This document shows, in pieces, positions 20,108 through 28,960 of a stretch of 64,000 nt of DNA. Source of the DNA: Candidatus Thorarchaeota archaeon (GTDB taxonomy: Archaea; Asgardarchaeota; Thorarchaeia; Thorarchaeales; Thorarchaeaceae); contig PRDI01000129.1 of NCBI GenBank assembly GCA_003345595.1, forward strand, positions 6,675 to 70,674, written 5' to 3'. The notes under the pieces were generated by a model. That model searched no databases. It saw only the letters and a list, made by a program, of their open reading frames with translations, and had not been told where the DNA came from. Positions within the stretch are counted from its first letter, which is position 1. Every line of letters begins with the position of its first letter. A program made the position numbers and the translations under genes.

Positions 20108-20626
20108 TCAGTGTAGCTGTTTCAGGCAACTGGGACAGAAAGTGCTTGGTTTTCGGTCTGTGTCATCCAAGCAGTTTGAGAAACGCATGACACAATGCTG
20201 TTTACAGTGGGAAAGACCAAACACATGGCCAACCTCATGTAGCGCCTCCTTCGCCACCCGCTCGAAGTGCAGTGCCTCATTCTCCGGCAGGCCATAGAAC
20301 ACGGGGCTGAGCCGGGGCAGAGCAACAAGAGCGTGCCCACCGTACTGCGCAAGACCGAATATGAAGTTCAGACTTGGAACAAAGAGGTCTAGGCTAACTA
20401 GACCAAGTCCGTGCTTGCCCGACGGAACGCGATGGCCAACTGTATCCAAGAAGGGGTCTGCGGAGTACTGCCGACGCGCCGGCACGTACGCGTTCACGGG
20501 CACTGGCAGCTCGACCGGGTCCACAGACACCTCCGCGAGATTACTGGGCAGCCCAGTGCTGAGCGCATCAGGAAGTCGATTCACTATGCTCTGTGGCGTT
20601 TTGGGAAAGACAAGGACGCGCAACAT
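20108..20626 (-). CDS. amzA: archaemetzincin-family Zn-dependent metalloprotease
   Basis: RRQYSAD, DLFVPSLNFIFGLA, KEALHEVGHVFGLSHC...CVMRFSN...DRK...FCPSC. Confidence 0.9.
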   Translation of the reverse strand: MLRVLVFPKTPQSIVNRLPDALSTGLPSNLAEVSVDPVELPVPVNAYVPARRQYSADPFLDTVGHRVPSGKHGLGLVSLDLFVPSLNFIFGLAQYGGHALVALPRLSPVFYGLPENEALHFERVAKEALHEVGHVFGLSHCKQHCVMRFSNCLDDTDRKPSTFCPSCLKQLH

Positions 20627-20926
20627 TGTCAATCGTGACACCCGATTTGGGATTGTGTTGACTACTATATGTATTCGTTCATGGACCTGATTGGCGTGCA
20701 ACAGCTGACTCAGTTGTCAATCAAGATCACGCTTGCAAGGGTCAATGACAATGTCACTCTGACGCTTTGGTGGTATTCTGGAACATGGATTAACGCATGC
20801 GGCCCCAACTGGCTCCTGTTGTCACCATTTGTGGTTCTGCCCGCTGTTGTAGGCCTCATACTGGTTGTTAACGGGCTGACTCGGGCCAAGGGAATTGACT
20901 CTGATGACCTTTCCTGACCCAAGGGC

Positions 20927-21085
20927 CCATCTCTCGGACTGCAGCTTCTTGCGCTCCTCTATGACTGCAGGCACGACCTCGAAGATACCTCCGACGACAC
21001 GGGAGTCTGGGATCCCAAAGATTGCACTCTCGCGTTCCAATTGGAAGTGACGATTGCCTAAGAGGGTCATCGAGCTCAGGAATCC
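20927..21085 (-). pseudogene. decayed copy of the etfA 3' end
   Basis: Translates ESAIFGIPDSRVVGGIFEVVPAVIEERKKLQSERW versus EtfA EAPIFEIADFGIVGDLFEVVPAVIEELKNLQSER*; DNA similar to about 23599-23750. Confidence 0.8.
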
Positions 21086-21132
21086 AACACCTCAGGCAAC
21101 GTGGGTCTCAACCTAGACACGGATGTTTGAGT

Positions 21133-23445
21133 TCAAAGTTCATGCATCTGTCTGGGTTCTCCATGAGGCCTTCTTCGAACCAGTAAGGCTTCTGGTCCCC
21201 TGTTGGCCGACCTTCGTATCAATGTTACGAGGACAGCCATCAAGGCTGCCATCCCCAGTCCGACTCCTGTCGCCACAATCAATAGTGAGAAGGCACCATC
21301 TTGGGTCGTAATGGTGGTGGTCGTAGTGGCATTCGTGAGCTTGAATACGAAACAGTCGCTCGGTCCACTCAGAGTGCCGTCGTAGGCTTTCACAGTGGGG
21401 AAGTCCCAGGAAACAGTGTACCCCGTGACGTAGGCATCACCTGTATTGACCACTGCTACGCCGTAGCCACCTTCTTCATCGCTTCCGCCCACAAAGGTTG
21501 AAAAGAGCAAGGTGTTGCCAGCAGACGAAAGCTTGAACACAAATGCATCCTTGTATCCACCAAAGGTGCTGTTATAGGCATTCACAGTGGGGAAGTCACT
21601 CGAAAAGGTTTCACCGGTAACATATGCATTACCATTACTGTCAACCGCTATCGCGCAGCCATACTCGTGATGCCCACCGCCCACAAAAGTCGAGTAGAGC
21701 AGAGTGTTGCCAGCGGATGAAATCTTGAACACGAAGACGTCTCCAGAACCTCCATAGGCATTGCCATGGTTGCTGTCGTATTCGTTCACAGTGGGGAAGT
21801 CACTCGAAAGGGTTTCACCGGTAATGTATGCATTGCCTGTGCTGTCAACTGCTATCGCACAGCCAGCATCGGTATCACTCCCGCCTACGAAAGTGGAGTA
21901 GAGCATACTGCCAGCGGATGAAAGTCTGAACACGAAAACATCGTCGGTTTCACTGGCGGTGCTGTTGTAGGCGTTGACAGTAGGAAAATCAGTGGAATCC
22001 GTGTATCCGGTGACAAAGGCACTACCCGTACTGTTAACTGCTATCGCACTACCACCATCTTGGCCATTCCCACCCACATAGGTGGAGTAGAGCAGGGCGT
22101 TCCCGCCAGACGAAAGCTTGAACACAAAGCAGTCAGCATACCCACCAAGGGCGCTGTCGTATGCGTTCAAGGCGGGAAAATCACTTGAAAGGGTTTCACC
22201 GGTAATGTATGCATTGCCTGTGCTGTCAACTGCTATCCCATAGCTACGATCCCAACTACTGCCACCTACATACGTTGAATAGAGCAGACTGTTGCCGGCC
22301 GAAGAGAGTTTGAACACGAAACAGTCGTAGACTGCACCATTGAACATGCTGTCGTAGGCGTTGACGGTGGGAAAATCAGTGGATTCAGTGTATCCGGTGA
22401 CATATGCATTGCCTGAATTGTCGACTGCTATCCCCCGAGCCCAATCGTTACCGCTTCCGCCCACGTACGTGGAATAGAGCAGAGTGTTGCCGGCGGATGA
22501 AACCTTGAACACAAATGCATCCTTGTATCCACCAAAGGTGCTGTTGTAAGCGTTCAGAGTTGGAAAATCCAGAGAATCAGTTACCCCGGTGATGTAGGCA
22601 TTACCTGCCCCGTCAACTGCGATTCCATAGCCATGTTCGCTGCCAGTTCCGCCCATATACGTGGAGTAGAGCAATGGGTCTAGCACCAGCGGCCTTGATT
22701 TATCGTAATCGCCTACTCTGAATCCAAATACATGGTAACCAAGCGAGATGAACTCACTCTCAACGGCATTCGTTCCTTGAAATGATCTCAAACCCTCATC
22801 TGTTAGCGTTCTACCGTCCTTCTCCAGACTCAAGGACGTACTTCCAATCACCACCGAATCAGTGCCATTACATCGGACTCTGATGTCTGTCGGGTCACCA
22901 CCGGGAGCCACGCGGAACTCATACTTTGCCCCATCTACCGTAGCCTCATAGAAGAGGCTGATTCCTAACCAGAGGTCATTGTATACGACACGAGCGAACC
23001 CCCTGATTCCAGTGAATGTCCCACGGTTTCCGAGAAGGTAGCTAATATTATGACTTACTCGATTGATTCCTTGCGGGATTACAGAACGCGCCGCATCAAA
23101 TGACATGACTATACCATTCTCGACCCCATCTATCCATACATAGACCTTGCTGTCTGCAAAACCAATTACCCCGCCTGGGATTCTCCCATAGAATCTCACA
23201 TCAGCGCAATCAACTTGACCGAGATTCTCGTAGAAGAAACTTCTGGACTCGGTCTGAACCGTTTCGACCAAAGCTTGCTGGTCGACTCCGTTCGTTTTCA
23301 AACGGGATGTCTCATCGCCTTCAACGAACTTCCAATCATTCAAACAGGGTGCCATGAATGCCACGGTTATCAGGATAATTATCAGCTCGGGCACAAAAAG
23401 CAAGTCTATCTTCGATGCACCCACGTATCGCCTCTCCTTAGCCAA
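21133..23445 (-). CDS. SBBP beta-propeller-repeat surface protein with C-terminal TM anchor
   Basis: FYENLGQ N-terminal domain, PLVLDP, seven repeats of LLYSTY/FVGG..D/E.G.GIAVDS.GNAYVTG.T.S.DFPT.NAY; Thr linker and TM. Confidence 0.92.
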   Translation of the reverse strand: MAKERRYVGASKIDLLFVPELIIILITVAFMAPCLNDWKFVEGDETSRLKTNGVDQQALVETVQTESRSFFYENLGQVDCADVRFYGRIPGGVIGFADSKVYVWIDGVENGIVMSFDAARSVIPQGINRVSHNISYLLGNRGTFTGIRGFARVVYNDLWLGISLFYEATVDGAKYEFRVAPGGDPTDIRVRCNGTDSVVIGSTSLSLEKDGRTLTDEGLRSFQGTNAVESEFISLGYHVFGFRVGDYDKSRPLVLDPLLYSTYMGGTGSEHGYGIAVDGAGNAYITGVTDSLDFPTLNAYNSTFGGYKDAFVFKVSSAGNTLLYSTYVGGSGNDWARGIAVDNSGNAYVTGYTESTDFPTVNAYDSMFNGAVYDCFVFKLSSAGNSLLYSTYVGGSSWDRSYGIAVDSTGNAYITGETLSSDFPALNAYDSALGGYADCFVFKLSSGGNALLYSTYVGGNGQDGGSAIAVNSTGSAFVTGYTDSTDFPTVNAYNSTASETDDVFVFRLSSAGSMLYSTFVGGSDTDAGCAIAVDSTGNAYITGETLSSDFPTVNEYDSNHGNAYGGSGDVFVFKISSAGNTLLYSTFVGGGHHEYGCAIAVDSNGNAYVTGETFSSDFPTVNAYNSTFGGYKDAFVFKLSSAGNTLLFSTFVGGSDEEGGYGVAVVNTGDAYVTGYTVSWDFPTVKAYDGTLSGPSDCFVFKLTNATTTTTITTQDGAFSLLIVATGVGLGMAALMAVLVTLIRRSANRGPEALLVRRRPHGEPRQMHEL
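21532..22545. repeat. exact DNA repeats inside the SBBP gene: 42 bp (21532-21573 = 22504-22545) and 51 bp (21806-21856 = 22187-22237)
   Basis: Base-by-base comparison. Confidence 0.85.
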
Positions 23446-23598
23446 GGTAATATTGCTAAGCTTAGAAACGCATGGTATTAAACCTGCTCAGTTTCCCTTT
23501 GCTTTTGCCGAAGCCATTCCATGGGACATAGACACGGACTTGACAAGGCAATCACCGACCTGGGAAGGGGTCATCAGGCACCTCCCAAGTTGTCCGAA

Positions 23599-24798
23599 TC
23601 ATCTCTCAGATTGTAGGTTCTTGAGTTCCTCTATGACTGCCGGCACAACCTCAAACAGGTCGCCGACTATTCCGAAGTCTGCAATCTCGAATATCGGCGC
23701 CTCGGGGTCCTTGTTTACTGCAACTATAACGTCACTTGAGCTCATGCCGATCCTATGCTGGATCGCCCCAGATATACCCAAGGCAAAGTAGAGCTTGGGG
23801 CATACCGTGCGTCCAGACTGCCCGACCTGTTGCGATGGGGGTAGCCAACCAGCGTCCACAACCGGCCTAGAGCCACCGACTGCCGCGTCGAGCAGCTTGG
23901 CCAATTCTGTGGGAAGTGTAAGGTTGGCCGGGTCTTTTATTCCCCGTCCGCTGCAGACAATGACATCGGCTGTGTCAATCGGCTTCATGCCTTCGGCAAG
24001 CTCTTTCACTCTATTCACGACCCTAGTCCGTATCTGAACTGGGTTGATCTTCACCTCAACCTTCTCAATGGTACCCTTCCGAGAAACGTCCCGCTCCCTC
24101 GGTTTGAAGACATTCGGCCGGACAGTTGACATCTGAGGTCTCGTGTATGGGCAGAGGATCTCGGCCATGATGTTCCCTCCGAATGCAGGGCGAATCTGCA
24201 CAAGCTGTCGCTTGTCATCGATTTCAAGACCAGTACAGTCCGCGGTGAGCCCAAGGCCAAGCCGAGCCGCCACGCGAGGAGCAAGGTCTCTTCCGTTGCC
24301 TGTCGCACCGAACAGTACGATTGCCGGCTTGCGAGGAGCAATCAAAGACGTGACTGCAATAGTGTACGCATCTGTCGTGTAATCAGCAAAGGCCTTGTCA
24401 TCCACTACGAGAACCTTGTCAGCTCCTTGCTGAATCAACGACTCCGCGTAACTGGATGTGTCTGATCCAATGAGCACAGCTACGACCTTCTCGCGGAGAT
24501 TGTCGGCAAGGACACGCGCCTTGGTCACTAGCTCATAGGCGACGCTCCGGACTCTTCCCTCAGCAGTCTCGCATACAACCCAGACGTCCTTGTACTGAGC
24601 AATCTTGTCCTTGTCCACAGCCTTCCTCTCGATCTTTATGGCATTCACAGGGCACACTTCTTGGCAGGAGCCACAGAGAACACACTTGTCAAAGTCGAAA
24701 CGTACCTTATTGCCGTCCTTGGTAATGGCCCCGAAGTTGCAGACCTTTGGGCACAGCATACAGCCAGTGCATTTCTCTTTGTCATAGATCAGTACCAT
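23599..24798 (-). CDS. etfA: electron transfer flavoprotein alpha subunit with N-terminal 2[4Fe-4S] ferredoxin domain
   Basis: CTGCMLCPKVC and CVLCGSCQEVCP; GLTADCT, RPAFGGN, QVGQSG, GISGAIQH. Confidence 0.95.
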   Translation of the reverse strand: MVLIYDKEKCTGCMLCPKVCNFGAITKDGNKVRFDFDKCVLCGSCQEVCPVNAIKIERKAVDKDKIAQYKDVWVVCETAEGRVRSVAYELVTKARVLADNLREKVVAVLIGSDTSSYAESLIQQGADKVLVVDDKAFADYTTDAYTIAVTSLIAPRKPAIVLFGATGNGRDLAPRVAARLGLGLTADCTGLEIDDKRQLVQIRPAFGGNIMAEILCPYTRPQMSTVRPNVFKPRERDVSRKGTIEKVEVKINPVQIRTRVVNRVKELAEGMKPIDTADVIVCSGRGIKDPANLTLPTELAKLLDAAVGGSRPVVDAGWLPPSQQVGQSGRTVCPKLYFALGISGAIQHRIGMSSSDVIVAVNKDPEAPIFEIADFGIVGDLFEVVPAVIEELKNLQSER

Positions 24799-24801
24799 TC
24801 T

Positions 24802-25590
24802 CTAGATCGCCCCCTTTGATGCAAGGAACTCAACAAGTTTCTTTGCTGCGGCCTTCGGGTCGGTTCCCTCTATCTTGATGCCGCCTTTCCTCCTCTCAGG
24901 TGCGAACACTTTCCTGACTGTCGTTGGTGACCCCTTGAGTCCAATTGAGTCTGGACTAATGCCCAGCGTCGTTACGGTCACTTCTTCGAGAGGCTTCTTC
25001 TTTGCCTTCATGATGCCCATGATGTTGGGGAGTCTGGGCTCGTTCAGACCCTTTGTGGCGGTCAGCAGTGCAGGCAGCTTCACTCTCACCACTTCATAGC
25101 CCTCATCAGTCCCGCGATGCACGACCACGAACTTACCGTCCTCCTCGACCTCAAGGTGGCGTACATAACAGACCTGAGGAATACCAAGGAGCTCAGCAAT
25201 CTCCGGACCCACCTGTGCGGTATCACCATCTATGGCTTGCTTTCCACATATGACCAAGTCATACTCCATCTTCTTGATCTGTTCAGATAGAGTGCGAGCG
25301 GTCGCCCAGGTGTCCGCACCTGCGAACGCTCTATCAGTGAGGAGAATCGCCTTGTCTGCGCCCATGGCCAGCGCCTTCAGCAGTACTTCCTTGGCTTGCG
25401 GGGGTCCCATCGTTACGACCGTGACCTCACCGCCGAGCTTCTCCTTAAGCTGAATCGCCGCCTCAACTGCGTACTCGTCGAATGGATTCAGAATGCTGGG
25501 CACTCCTTCTCGGATGAGCGTGCCGGTTTCAGGGTTGATACGAACCTCAGCAACCTCAGGAACTTGCTTGACAGGGACTATGACCTTCAT
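24802..25590 (-). CDS. etfB: electron transfer flavoprotein beta subunit
   Basis: MKVIVPVKQVPE, NPFDEYA, GKQAIDGDTAQVG. Confidence 0.95.
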   Translation of the reverse strand: MKVIVPVKQVPEVAEVRINPETGTLIREGVPSILNPFDEYAVEAAIQLKEKLGGEVTVVTMGPPQAKEVLLKALAMGADKAILLTDRAFAGADTWATARTLSEQIKKMEYDLVICGKQAIDGDTAQVGPEIAELLGIPQVCYVRHLEVEEDGKFVVVHRGTDEGYEVVRVKLPALLTATKGLNEPRLPNIMGIMKAKKKPLEEVTVTTLGISPDSIGLKGSPTTVRKVFAPERRKGGIKIEGTDPKAAAKKLVEFLASKGAI

Positions 25591-25690
25591 GAACGTACAC
25601 CCCGAGGTGTCCACGTTGTTCGGCTCGCACGGGTAGTTCGTATCATTATAAGCAATGCGTACGAGGAACTGTCAGCCGGCCAGTAGTGTC

Positions 25691-25741
25691 CCTTACGTAG
25701 GCGGACCCTTTCAAGGAGGTGCGAGAGCAGGCCTTACGTAA
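25691..25741. promoter_or_regulatory. direct repeat CCTTACGTA (x2) between the divergent etfB and DPM2-like promoters
   Basis: Copies at 25691 and 25732; TATA-like boxes near 25646 (-) and 25745 (+). Confidence 0.35.
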
Positions 25742-25803
25742 TCCTTTTATGAGAGCTTCGGCGGATAACCAGCCAATTGCTACTAAGAAGGTAGTGGACA
25801 CTA

Positions 25804-26181
25804 ATGGGCAAAGAGAAAGGTATTGGCATACTCATATTCATCCTCGCATTCCTCGTGTTGATTTACTACACGTGGGGTCTTGTAATCCTGCAGAACCCAT
25901 GGTTTGGACCAGCTGTTCAGAACTGGGTAGTTGCCACTTTTGGACCAGGGATATGGAGAGACATCTTCCTCCCGGACCCGATGTTCCTCATCATCCTTCC
26001 CGTCTGGCTTGCCGCCGTGCTGATTGCAGTCATCGCTATGTGGATTGGTTGGACTATGATCACCACACCAGCTCCTGAGCCACTCGAAGACTTCGATTTC
26101 GAAGAGGAGAAGGTGGCCGAGGGTAAGAAGGCTGAGGAGAAGAAGCCTGAAGAGAAGAAACCCGAGGAAAAGAAGAAGTAG
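25804..26181 (+). CDS. DPM2/PIG-P-like two-TM membrane protein with charged tail
   Basis: GIGILIFILAFLVLIYYTWGLVIL...IFLPDPMFLIILPVWLAAVLIAVIAMWIGWTM fits the DPM2 pattern (YYT, FLP, P) as recalled; TTPAP archaeal-type tail. Confidence 0.65.
   Translation: MGKEKGIGILIFILAFLVLIYYTWGLVILQNPWFGPAVQNWVVATFGPGIWRDIFLPDPMFLIILPVWLAAVLIAVIAMWIGWTMITTPAPEPLEDFDFEEEKVAEGKKAEEKKPEEKKPEEKKK
26125..26178 (+). repeat. imperfect 15-bp tandem repeat encoding KK(A/P)EE x3
   Basis: aagaaggctgaggag aagaagcctgaagag aagaaacccgaggaa aagaagaag. Confidence 0.8.
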
Positions 26182-26217
26182 AACGCTTCAAGAGAATAAC
26201 CCAAGTCACTACCACAG

Positions 26218-26252
26218 GAGAGCGGACCGCGTGGTCCCTCTCACCTTATTTT
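26218..26252 (+). terminator. stem-loop followed by a T-rich tract after the DPM2-like gene
   Basis: GAGAG-C-GGACC gcgt GGTCC-CTCTC, then accttatttt, between convergent genes. Confidence 0.5.
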
Positions 26253-26348
26253 CTGTTGCACAACAAGAAACTGCGATATCGCAGCCGCTCTATCTTGCTC
26301 GGATACAGCGTAAATCGCGCTTTGTATGGAACCTGTATGTCTACTGAC

Positions 26349-27707
26349 TCACACCTTGTCTACCGCTTCTAGAATCAACTTGACACCCATCTGGGATAGC
26401 TTGTCTGCCGTGTCTTGAGACCGCCCTTCTGCAAAACACCGCCACAGGGGCTCAGTACCTGATGGCCTCATGAGCACCCAACCTTCGTCATAGAGGAGCT
26501 TCACCCCGTCTAGTGTGACTCTGTTCTGCCCCTCGGTAAGGCGGAGCAGCGCATCAAGGATCTGATTCCTCTTCTCTGGAGGAACAGGGACCTTCGTCTT
26601 CGTGCTTGCATAGTGCGGGAGTTGTGAAACTAGCTCAGACAGCGTTTTGCCCTCCAAGGCCAGCATCTCAACGGTCTGTGCCGCGGTCATTGCTCCATCG
26701 CGAACAGGTTGATGTGGAGGATAGAAGACGCCCCCGTTCTCCTCACCCCCGAGTTCGCCACCTATCTCCTTCAGTTTGTGCGAAACCACGACGCTTCCCA
26801 CTTCAGTCCACACAATGCGGGCTCCAGCCTCTCGGGCAACATCCTCAATCAGCCTTCCACTGCTGACAGGCGTCACAAGTGTGGATCCTCTCTTCTTGGG
26901 CAGCACACGGGCGGCTATTAGTGCAAACGACTGGTCGCCCCAAAGAACCTGACCTTTCTCATCGACAAATGTTGCCCTGTCAGCATCGCCGTCATGTGCA
27001 ATCCCAACATCCGCTCCTATGGCGACCACTGCACGACGGAGAGATTCGAGATTCTCGGGGAGAGGCTCCGGGTTGCGACCAGGAAAAGCGCCATCCAGCT
27101 GCGCGTTGAGCGATATCACCTTGCATCCAAGCTCCCTCATGAGACGCGGTGTGACCAAGGAACCTACACTGTTCGCCCCGTCAACGACAACTGTAAGCTT
27201 CCTCTTCTGTATCGCTTCGACACCAACATGGGACTTCACTGCGTCTATGAACTGGTCTATTGCGGAGTCGTATGTTCTGACAGTCCCTATTCTATCCCAT
27301 CCAACATTCGTAAAGCGCCTTCCGAAGTAGACATCCTCTATGCGTAATTCGGTTTCTCTCGAAACCTCAATACCGTCTGGCCCCACGACCTTTATTCCGT
27401 TGAACTCCGGGGGATTATGCGAAGCTGTAACGACGACGCCAGCCGCGCATCCTAGTTTCGGCACGACGAACTGAAGAGTTGGAGTCGGTGCCATGCCCAC
27501 ATCAACCACTGAACAACCAGTGGCCAAAAGGGCAGAAGTCACGGCCCTCGTGAACATCTCGCCACCCATCCGGGAGTCTCGAGCAGTGGCAACCAGACCC
27601 GGCCCCGAGATTGTCCCGACAGCCTTGCCAAGATTGAGTGCCATGTCAACGGTCAGACTTTGGTTGATGAGACCCCGGATGCCATTGGTCCCGAAGAGAC
27701 GCCCCAT
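26349..27707 (-). CDS. glmM: phosphoglucosamine mutase / phosphomannomutase (alpha-D-phosphohexomutase)
   Basis: LFGTNGIRG, TASHNP, DGDADR, GGEENGG, RPSGTEP. Confidence 0.9.
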   Translation of the reverse strand: MGRLFGTNGIRGLINQSLTVDMALNLGKAVGTISGPGLVATARDSRMGGEMFTRAVTSALLATGCSVVDVGMAPTPTLQFVVPKLGCAAGVVVTASHNPPEFNGIKVVGPDGIEVSRETELRIEDVYFGRRFTNVGWDRIGTVRTYDSAIDQFIDAVKSHVGVEAIQKRKLTVVVDGANSVGSLVTPRLMRELGCKVISLNAQLDGAFPGRNPEPLPENLESLRRAVVAIGADVGIAHDGDADRATFVDEKGQVLWGDQSFALIAARVLPKKRGSTLVTPVSSGRLIEDVAREAGARIVWTEVGSVVVSHKLKEIGGELGGEENGGVFYPPHQPVRDGAMTAAQTVEMLALEGKTLSELVSQLPHYASTKTKVPVPPEKRNQILDALLRLTEGQNRVTLDGVKLLYDEGWVLMRPSGTEPLWRCFAEGRSQDTADKLSQMGVKLILEAVDKV

Positions 27708-27784
27708 CTGTGTTCACCAAATCAGATGTCCCCATAGGCGATGACTTAAGAGTATCGTCAGTTCCGTGTCGAGCTGAAGTCAAT

Positions 27785-28300
27785 ATGCCACTCTTTAGAC
27801 GTAAAGCAGACACTGAATATGAGCAGGCTGCAAAGCTGTTGATTGATGGAAATTCCCGCGAAGCCATTGACATGCTACGGCAGCTCATCTTGAAACACCC
27901 TAGGCATACTAACGCAATGGTGTCCCTGGCTGTTGCACTCATTGAACAGCAGGAAAGACCGGAAAAGGATAGCCCACTCACGAGGGAAGCCTTGGGTCTG
28001 CTCGATAAGGCCGCGACTCTAGCTCCTAAGGACGCTGTGCCACTTTTCAACAAGGGGGTATGTCTAAGAGATCTTGGCATGCTTGAGGATGCGTTAGTCT
28101 GCTTTCAAGCGGCGCTCGGTATTGAAAAGAAACTCCCATTGGCCATTCTCCACATGGCGGAAGTCAACTACGAACTCGGTAGATGGGAGAAATCAATCGA
28201 ACTCGCTAGGCTTGCGCTGATGAGAGACCCCGGTCTGGAAGGTTCCATGGAATGGGTGCGCGATGCAGTGAGCAAAGCCGCTGGTCAGAGCAGACCCTGA
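27785..28300 (+). CDS. tetratricopeptide repeat protein
   Basis: TPR patterns LFNKGVCLRDLGMLEDALVCFQAAL, HMAEVNYELGRWEKSI. Confidence 0.85.
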   Translation: MPLFRRKADTEYEQAAKLLIDGNSREAIDMLRQLILKHPRHTNAMVSLAVALIEQQERPEKDSPLTREALGLLDKAATLAPKDAVPLFNKGVCLRDLGMLEDALVCFQAALGIEKKLPLAILHMAEVNYELGRWEKSIELARLALMRDPGLEGSMEWVRDAVSKAAGQSRP

Positions 28301-28403
28301 AACGCATCTGTCACACGACCGTGACGAAACGTTTAAGTTAACACTCTAGTGGGTCACCCCAATCCGAGTGGTCACGGCCATCTCAACCTATTACGGTGAT
28401 TAC

Positions 28404-28814
28404 ATGTCACAGAAAGGAGTTCCGACATATCGCGGACACGAGCTCGAGGCCCTTGCCAAGATGAGCATGGACGAGCTGATAGAGCTTCTTCCATCACGCA
28501 GGAGAAGGACCCTGAAGCGAGGGCTGCCTCCCAGACAAAAGAAACTCTTGATCAAGCTCAGGAATGCACGAAAGGCTCAGAAGAAGGGCAAAGAACTCAT
28601 CGTGAAGACCCATTGCCGTGACATGGTTATACTTCCCGAGATGGTCGACCTGACAGTAGCCGTGCATAATGGTAAGGATTTCGCTAGGATCAAGATAATC
28701 CCGCAGATGATTGGACACGTCCTTGGAGAGTTTGCCCCTCCAACCAAGAAGGTTTCCCATGGCAACCCAGGCATTGGTGCAACCAAGTCATCATCATTCG
28801 TACCGCTGAAGTAA
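28404..28814 (+). CDS. rps19: 30S ribosomal protein uS19 (archaeal S19P)
   Basis: YRGHEL...LPSRRRRTLKRG...KTHCRDMVILPEMV...HNGK...MIGHVLGEF...HGNPGIGATKSSSFVPLK; TTTAAG box near 28332. Confidence 0.97.
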   Translation: MSQKGVPTYRGHELEALAKMSMDELIELLPSRRRRTLKRGLPPRQKKLLIKLRNARKAQKKGKELIVKTHCRDMVILPEMVDLTVAVHNGKDFARIKIIPQMIGHVLGEFAPPTKKVSHGNPGIGATKSSSFVPLK

Positions 28815-28960
28815 GTGCGCTTCTTTCCGAACATGCATACTCGTGACGCCTGCGTCAATCACAGTGCGTCCTTGTCCTGTTCTCTGTAGAGAAATCTTGT
28901 GTCAATTGTGGGAATGGTTCTTAGGAAAGACACCAACCAAGGACGGAACGGAGAGAGCAA

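Noticed and set aside
20669-20917. Short + ORF ending in a TM helix
   Set aside because: It overlaps the likely archaemetzincin promoter and has no good start; it may be a gene fragment but cannot be supported.
21380-22680. Repeats as a CRISPR array or DGR template/variable pair
   Set aside because: They are in-frame protein repeats; there is no repeat-spacer periodicity, cas gene, reverse transcriptase or adenine-specific mismatch pattern.
26160-26181. Possible KKxx retrieval motif on the DPM2-like protein
   Set aside because: It ends EEKKK, so positions -4 and -5 are Glu and the motif is non-canonical; the KKPEE repeat explains it.
26271-26284. Perfect 14-bp palindrome CTGCGATATCGCAG
   Set aside because: It is a single copy between convergent genes with no associated promoter or element, and such a palindrome can arise by chance in 64 kb.
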